From contig NW_021832821.1 in assembly GCF_006345805.1 (NCBI RefSeq), positions 1 to 32,286 of the forward strand: 32,286 nucleotides of DNA, given 5' to 3'. Positions 24,901 through 32,286 of this stretch are shown here, piece by piece. The position numbers and the translations under genes are program-made. The stretch is from Octopus sinensis (lineage: Eukaryota). The notes under the pieces are model-generated. The model was not told the DNA's origin and did not search any database. It worked only from the letters and a program-made list of their open reading frames with translations. Positions within the stretch are counted from its first letter, which is position 1; each line of letters starts with the position of its first letter.

Positions 24901-24962
24901 AGAATAAGTCCTAGGGTGTCGAATTGCTCGACTAAAGGCGGTGCTCCAGCATGGCCGCAGTG
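24901..24962 (+). mobile_element. SINE family A 3' terminal fragment
   Basis: gaataagtcctagggtgtcg...cgactaaaggcggtgctccagcatggccgcag. Confidence 0.75.
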
Positions 24963-25119
24963 TCCAGCTACCGAGTAATATAAGTTGTTTTGACAAATAG
25001 TGCAATGTATTGGTCTTATGTCCTCAAAGAAGAAGGAATTGGAATATTCTGAAAAATACGAAATATCTTATAAGGAAATGTTAAATAAAAAGTAAAAAGT
25101 AAAAATCCCAAACGGACAT

Positions 25120-25307
25120 TGATTCTTCCTAATTTTGGAACAAGGACTGCAATTTGTTGAAGAGGTCAGGTCGATTACATCGACCCCAATATGTGACTGA
25201 TTCACCAGTTCTCGAATCAGTTGTATTTGAACTCAGAATGTGTAGAGACAAAAGAAATACTGCTTAGCCTTATTATTCCGATCCACCATCAATTCTGCCA
25301 GCGCTCC
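25120..25307 (-). mobile_element. SINE family B, diverged
   Basis: Reverse complement contains gctggcagaatt, ttctgagttcaaat, ggggtcgatgtaatcgac and the tail ccttgttccaaaatt. Confidence 0.72.
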
Positions 25308-25324
25308 ATTTTATGAAGAAACCT

Positions 25325-25450
25325 TCATCCAATGTCGTTGTAACTTTGAAATGCCTGATTCAAAGACACTATGCCCTGCCCTGCCTAGGAATTGAACTCA
25401 AGGCGTTATGATCGGGAACCGTATACTATGACCACTATGTCACACACGTC
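25325..25450 (-). mobile_element. SINE family C head, diverged
   Basis: Reverse complement gtgtgtgacatagtggtca...gagttcaattcctagg...tagtgtctttgaatcaggcatttca. Confidence 0.5.
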
Positions 25451-26531
25451 CATACACGTGCACACATAAGGTTAGTTAAAAGAGACATGTTTAATGGCAC
25501 CTAAAGACACATGTCTTGCAAACTTCCTTTATGGTATTGAAACTCGATGTCATATTGTGTGTACAGAAATATAATATAAATAATGTCAGACAAAGGGAGA
25601 ACAAATATTGAAATAGTTTCTTGGTGCAGTGAAATAAAATAAATAACTCAGACAATATTATTATAAATGTTAGACTATTTCGAAAACCTCAACAAAATAG
25701 AAGTTACAATAACGATTTCATTTCCGTTTGAGTAGTTAAAGGTTGCGGTTCTTAAACGTTGTGTGAAATTACCTTTTACTTATAGCAAACAATGTATGAC
25801 TTTGTAGTCTTTTGATAAATTGTCGATGCATTTTTTTCTAAGTTTATTTGCAATGTATGGAAATTATGAGAAAACATACATTGCCAAACATCGCCGTTTT
25901 GAATGGAGGTTTGGATTCGAAAGAAAAATTTATCGTCGATGACAGTTTAAAATTCCAAATATGTTTTTAAAGTGTTATGTAAACTAAACCACATTCTGAC
26001 TAATAATATATCAATTTTAGAGAGACAGATAGAACGAGAAAGAGAAGTAGAAAAGTAATGACCAAAGAGAAGAAACGACAGCAAACAACGATAAAAATAA
26101 AGATAAATTTTGGGAAAAAAAAACATAGAACATAAACAAAAGAAAAACCTACAGAAAAAGAAAATGAACAGAGAAATGATAAAATAAAGATGACGATTCG
26201 AGATATACCAACATTAATAATACTTGTGCCATCTGCCGAGGACTTTTTAATTTTATGGAAGAGCATATCTTTGAAAATATTTCTAAAGCTAAAAATCTCA
26301 TTTTTATAAAATATTACACAAGAGAAGAAAAATGAATAAAAAACACCGAAAACCGGAAGCAGATGTTAAGAATTTTCATCGAATCTTAAATGGAAAGTTG
26401 GTAAAAGATATTCCATAACTATTTTCTCTTTTACTCCTTATTTTATTTTGGAACAAATGCCATATGTCATCGCCAAACTGAAAAAAACACACACACACAC
26501 ATGTATATTTACAAATATATGTTCATGTGTG

Positions 26532-26601
<70 letters not shown>

Positions 26602-26814
26602 TTGTATGTGTGTGTATGCGCGTGTATGCATAATCACATTTCACACTCGTATCTGTTAATCTGTGTGTATGAGAAAATAAGTAAATAATAGGAGATATTT
26701 GAATTTGGTAGAAATTAAGAATGATGGTGACTATAATGATGATGATGATGATGATGTGTCTTTAGATAAGGCAGAATATCGATGTGATATATATATATAT
26801 TATCGCCATGTTGA

Positions 26815-27010
26815 ATCGCTAGCTTCTGCACGCATTTTTTTCTCTCCTTGTTTCTCTCCGTGTTTCTTTTCTGTGTATCTTTCTGTTGAAGAGCGTAGGC
26901 TCGAAATGTAAAAGACTTGTTTTATTTATATTCCTGAGCGCCATACTATACAATTGCTTGTTTGTACTCCACCTGCCTTCGTCTTTTGTTTATTTTCATA
27001 AGCCTCCCGT
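26815..27010 (+). mobile_element. Dispersed repeat family H, copy 2
   Basis: Shares atcgctagc, the hammerhead-like core, ttcc.gagcg and cttcgtctttt with the reverse complement of 19290-19452. Confidence 0.7.
26878..26915 (+). ncRNA. Minimal type-I hammerhead-ribozyme-like motif (variant core)
   Basis: ucuuu-CUGUUGA-A-GAGC(GUAG)GCUC-GAAA-UG-UA-aaaga, with a 5-bp stem I, a 4-bp stem II and a GUA triplet. Confidence 0.45.
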
Positions 27011-27036
27011 TATATATATATATATATATATCTATA

Positions 27037-27098
<62 letters not shown>

Positions 27099-27256
27099 TA
27101 ATGTATGTATGTATGTATGTATGTATGTATGTATTACGTATGTATGTATGTATGTATTTATGTATGTATGTATGTATGTATGTATGTATGTATGTACGTA
27201 TGTATGTACGTATGTATGTATGTATTTATGTATGTATGTATGTACGTATGTATGTA
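27011..27256. repeat. (TA)n followed by (TATG)n
   Basis: Directly visible. Confidence 0.95.
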
Positions 27257-27439
27257 TATGAGGTGATAATTTCCCAGCTGCCGTATATCCCTAGAATCCC
27301 TGTTTAAAAGAAAGGAAACAGGAAAGAAAAGATGAGGTTTATTGACGTTGAGTGGAGAAATGCACATTCTGGGGCTGTGGCATAAGAGGTTCGGTATTGT
27401 AGGGCACGGTGTTGCCGTATTTGGCTGCAGGATGTCGCT

Positions 27440-27653
27440 GTTACTGCTGCTGCTGTTGATGATGATGGCGATGATGTTGATGACGGTGATGAGGATGATG
27501 GCGGTGTTGATGATGAGGTGGGAGACTAAGAAAGAGGTGAAAGAAACGGTAGACGACGTCGACGAAGACATTGATGGGGAAGACGAGCACGAAGGAACAT
27601 AACGACGAAAATGATTGCTTAAATTGACGATAATGATGATGATGATGATGCTT

Positions 27654-27687
<34 letters not shown>

Positions 27688-27688
27688 C

Positions 27689-27720
<32 letters not shown>

Positions 27721-27752
27721 CGATGACGACGATGATGATGACGACGATGCTT

Positions 27753-27786
<34 letters not shown>

Positions 27787-28080
27787 CGATGATGATGATG
27801 ACAACGATGAAGATGGTGATGATGATGATGACGATGACGATGCATTCACTGAGACCGCAATGACAGCAACATCATCAACGTAAGCAAGACTAAACCGAAT
27901 TGGATCTAATAAAGAACAGCAAAAAATAGAATCGGACTGAAACGTATAACGACAGTCAGAGTAACAACAACAGCAACAGCACAATGGCGCCAACATCAAC
28001 AACAAGAACAGCAACACTAGTAGCAATAGCAACAACAACACCAACAGTAAGCATCAGCATCATCATCACCATCATCAGGA
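27440..28080. repeat. (GAT)n/(GAC)n arrays followed by (CAA/CAG)n low-complexity tracts
   Basis: Directly visible; source of the poly-His and poly-Met ORFs. Confidence 0.9.
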
Positions 28081-28341
28081 AATACTGAATGCTTTCACTG
28101 GTTCGTGTTTGGCAACAGGGAAAAATATAAAACGAAATTATGTGAGCAGATGAAATCTCAAATGCATTTCTGCAACCCAACCCACATGCACATATCCCTG
28201 TACTCAACTGCACACACACATGCACACACACACACACACTCACAAATACATATACATTCAAAGAATTCATTTTATGCATATAACTGATGTTAAAATGTTA
28301 CTGGGTTATAGGAACTAAAAAAAATGGTTACGAAGTTGTCA

Positions 28342-28440
28342 GGCGCAGGCGTGGTTGTGTGGTAAGAGGTTTGCTTTCCAACTACATGATTCTGGGTTCA
28401 GTCCCACTGTGTGGCATCTTGGACAAGTATCTCTCTATAT
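28342..28440 (+). mobile_element. SINE family A tRNA head, 3'-truncated
   Basis: ggcgcaggcgtggttgtgtggtaagagg (A box), gggttcagtccc (B box), gtggcatcttggacaagtatct. Confidence 0.85.
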
Positions 28441-28573
28441 ATAGATTCCAAAATTTAAAAACGCAATAAATTACCAAATAAAAAAAAATCACGACGGAAA
28501 GTTAATTGCCAGTCCAACATATAGGGGAGACATCTCGGAGCATTGCGGAACGACTAAATGAAAATTAGAGACA

Positions 28574-28682
<109 letters not shown>

Positions 28683-29087
28683 ACACTCACAAATGCACGT
28701 CGTACACACCCACGCATTTTTCGCTATATTTTCGAAGAAGTAGACATGAGAAAAATAATTTTTGATTTGGACGTCGGTTTTCCTTTTAACGTGAAGCAAA
28801 GGAAAGAATCAGAGAAGCATCAAGCGAACCTCGAATCAGTTCCTTCACCATAAACACCGGAATATTGCTTTATAAATATATTGAACTGGCCATGTGTTAT
28901 ATTCTTATTGATCGAGCAGACAAATAAATATAAATATGTTTTTATCAGGAAGCAGAACACAAAGAGTTTGTTCGAAATCTATCAAAAGTTAGTTACATGC
29001 ATTGCACTTCGAATTGCAATTTATATTTGCATCACGATACAAGCATCCACCACAAACCTGAAAAAAGAGAACAGACACAGACGACCG

Positions 29088-29088
29088 C

Positions 29089-29120
<32 letters not shown>

Positions 29121-29121
29121 A

Positions 29122-29198
<77 letters not shown>

Positions 29199-29591
29199 GT
29201 GAGTCTGTCTGTTTGTCTGTCTATCTGTCTACCTATCTATCTATCTCTGTCTATGCATACACACATACATAAATACACGCGGGCGAAACAAACTTTTAGC
29301 TTCAATTTTAATAAAAACTATACACATAAACATACGCACACACACACACACATTTATATATATATGTATATGTATGTATTCACAAACATATACACACATA
29401 ATCTATATACAGACATAAATGTATATATGCATATATGTACAAATATAAGCATATACATACGTATATATGTGCTCTATATAAATAATATATATATATATTA
29501 TAATATATATATATATGCACATATATATGTTATATATATATATATATTATATATATAATATATAATATACAATATGTATATGTATATGTAA

Positions 29592-29625
<34 letters not shown>

Positions 29626-30520
29626 TATATGTATGTATGTACACATACAGGTATAACTTTCTGAGTAATTGTGCGTAGGTATGTGCATTTAAAATCTTGT
29701 GTGTTCTACAAAATAGAAAGCAAACGAAAGAACGAAGAAAGAAGCAAGCACACACACTCACACACACACACACACACACATACACACACACATATATACA
29801 CACACACTCACACCAATATTTATATCAACAAAAACTTCTTCAGTTTTCAAAAATATCAGAATTTGTTAGAACGTGGTAAGTTTCTTTGCCGTTAGAATTT
29901 CTGGAGTGAAAATATATTTATGTTTTGTTTTTTAAAACAAACATTGCTCACATGTTTATGGAATCAAAGAGATACCGTTTGTAGACGGTATCTGGTGAAG
30001 CTGTCAACACAAACTCACAATTACACGCACGCACACACACATACAGGCACACACAAACACACTCAAGCGTACACGTCTGTATGTGCGTGTGTGTGCATAT
30101 ATATATATATGTATATGTATATAAAACATATATTTATGAACATATATACACATACGTTTATATATATATATAGATAGATATATATATATGTATTAATGTA
30201 TCTTTGTCTATATGTTCTATTTACATATTTTTCTGGTTTATGAATGGGTCAGTGACTGTGAATGTGTCTGTGCGTATGCGTGTATATACGTATATATATA
30301 TATATATAATATTATATATAAATATAATAATATAGTATTATAATATATAAATATATATGTATATATAATATAATGTATATACGTATATATGTATGTAGAT
30401 GTATGTGTATATACACACACACAAATATATATACACATATACAATTATATATAAATATATATCATTATATCAATATATATATTTATGTATCTCTGTGTCT
30501 GTCTCCCAGTCTATTTACCA
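29088..30520. repeat. Microsatellite field: (TCTA)n at 29090-29230, then (CA)n/(TA)n tracts
   Basis: Directly visible, with unique spacers. Confidence 0.85.
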
Positions 30521-30563
30521 ATCTGTATCTCTCTCTCTAACCTCCTCTGCCTCCTTCCCTCAC

Positions 30564-30599
30564 AGACATATATTTGGATTCGCTTTGCAAGCGTTCCAT
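30564..30599 (-). CDS. Candidate 36-nt exon (MERLQSESKYMS)
   Basis: Acceptor cttcaattctggttttcAG| and donor TCT|GTGAGG, phase 0-0, open frame. Short enough to be a chance match. Confidence 0.15.
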
Positions 30600-31019
30600 C
30601 TGAAAACCAGAATTGAAGCTGATATTATTTCCTTTAAAGTAATTCATTTTAAGCCCAATAACCGAACAGTCGCTGGCCGTGATTCCATTTGTTGTCGGTT
30701 ATTATTTTCTCAACAGTTTCTGTCACACTTTCTATTTGACCTCCTCGACGGATTATAAATCTGAATTAGTCATATTTCTTTGCCATGCTGTTAGGTCATA
30801 CCTCTATGACAAGTTATGAGCGAACGTCACATACACATGCATACATAGAAACATGCATTTACCCATGCATGCATAATGCATACATAAATACATTCAGACA
30901 TTCATACATACATACAAACAAAATTACCCTGCAGTTGATGTTGAAATTCCAATGAAGGATTCTTGGATCTAGATTAGAAACGGCCTTTTCTCTATTGGCC
31001 AGAAATCTTGAAATAAAGC

Positions 31020-31555
31020 ATACGTACATGCATAGATACATAATACACACCTACACACATATATGCATGCATACATACATACATACATACATACAAACAT
31101 ACTTACATACATGCATGCATACATGTATGCATAGATATATGCATACATGTATACATAAATATATACATACATACTTACATATATACATACATAAATATAT
31201 ACATACATACATGCATATATATATGCATGCAAGCATACATGTATGCATACTTATATGCATGCATGCATACATATATACAAACATATATACATGTATGCTT
31301 ACATACACACTTACGTATAAACATGCGCACATACAGATATACATACATGTATGCATGCATATATATACATACATGCATGCATACATACATGTATGCATAC
31401 ACATACATATAAATTCATGCATACATACATACGTACATACATGCATACAGACATGTATGCATTCATATATACATGCGTGCTTGCAATCATGCATTCATAC
31501 ATACATACGCACAGGTATACATACACACATACACACATTACATACAAACATACAA
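31020..31555. repeat. Long degenerate (CATA)n/(CATG)n array
   Basis: Directly visible; explains the 266-aa His/Ile/Tyr-rich ORF. Confidence 0.93.
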
Positions 31556-31649
31556 GTATACCCGCTGCCCCACCCCGCCACTATTGGTTTCCACGTCTGT
31601 GTGTCGCATTATAGATTCTCGAAAATGTACAATATCAACGAAAACAACG

Positions 31650-31884
31650 GCGACAACATAAATCAGGGTCACAATCGGCACCAACACCACCAACACGGTC
31701 GCCGCCGTCGCCACTATAACAATAACAACAAGAAGACCAACAGCAACAAAAACACCAAGAGCAACAGCAACAGCTACAACAGCCGCAAAATCTAATTATT
31801 ACAAGAATAAGTTGGAACCATAAAAACCAATATCGTATCTTGAAGAAACAACCAAATTATACCTGCGTCTTGTAACTGTACAGC

Positions 31885-31942
<58 letters not shown>

Positions 31943-32060
31943 TCCATCCGTGTGCAATATCATAGATTTGTGCACACAAAACCCACCCACCATATATATG
32001 TATATATATATACATATATATACATGCATATATACTCTATCCACCCCTGTATACACCCCG
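31650..32060. repeat. (CAA)n-rich tract and (TA)n microsatellites
   Basis: Directly visible. Confidence 0.8.
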
Positions 32061-32286
32061 GTGATATCTTTATGGTAATACAGGGTTCGGTTGGTTTATA
32101 TGGCCGTCCTGGATATTACGGAAATATCGATTCTTTGTATTATAATAATTGATCTGTTCTTGACTGATAATGTAGGCAGTTATGTCAGTAGGTAGGTAAT
32201 CGGGTGTGCTTGTATATATATATATATGCTCCTCTCTCTCTCACACACTCTCTCTCTCACCCTCCATTATATATACATATATATAT

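Noticed and set aside
27441-27845. Poly-His ORF
   Set aside because: Reverse-strand reading of (GAT)n.
30995-31795. 266-aa His/Thr/Tyr-rich ORF
   Set aside because: Translation of a degenerate (CATA)n array plus (CAA)n.

Overview
This is AT-rich, microsatellite-dense animal genomic DNA, intronic or intergenic. The SINE and repeat repertoire is what I recognise from octopus (cephalopod) genomes; that assignment comes from memory, not from a search. No complete gene can be supported, and almost all long ORFs in the track are microsatellite translations (YLSI, IYIY, poly-N/L/I/D/H). Recognisable protein-coding fossils are a Tc1 transposase C-terminus (3-86), two decayed mariner transposases (about 1810-3145 +, 13965-14740 -), a young 5'-truncated R4/Dong-clade non-LTR retrotransposon end inside a (TAA)n tract (10562-11209 -), a CR1-group LINE 3' end (20860-21458 +) and a badly decayed RTE-like RT fragment (about 8240-8850 -). 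Three tRNA-derived SINE families and two other dispersed repeats are also present. Three observations stand out. (1) A dispersed repeat present twice carries a minimal type-I hammerhead-ribozyme-like fold (26878-26915 +, 19360-19397 -). (2) The Dong-like element is flanked by TAA microsatellite on both sides and has a 3'-UTR hairpin. (3) The CR1-like LINE shares its 3' tail with one SINE family. A few isolated candidate exons exist, but no host gene could be identified.
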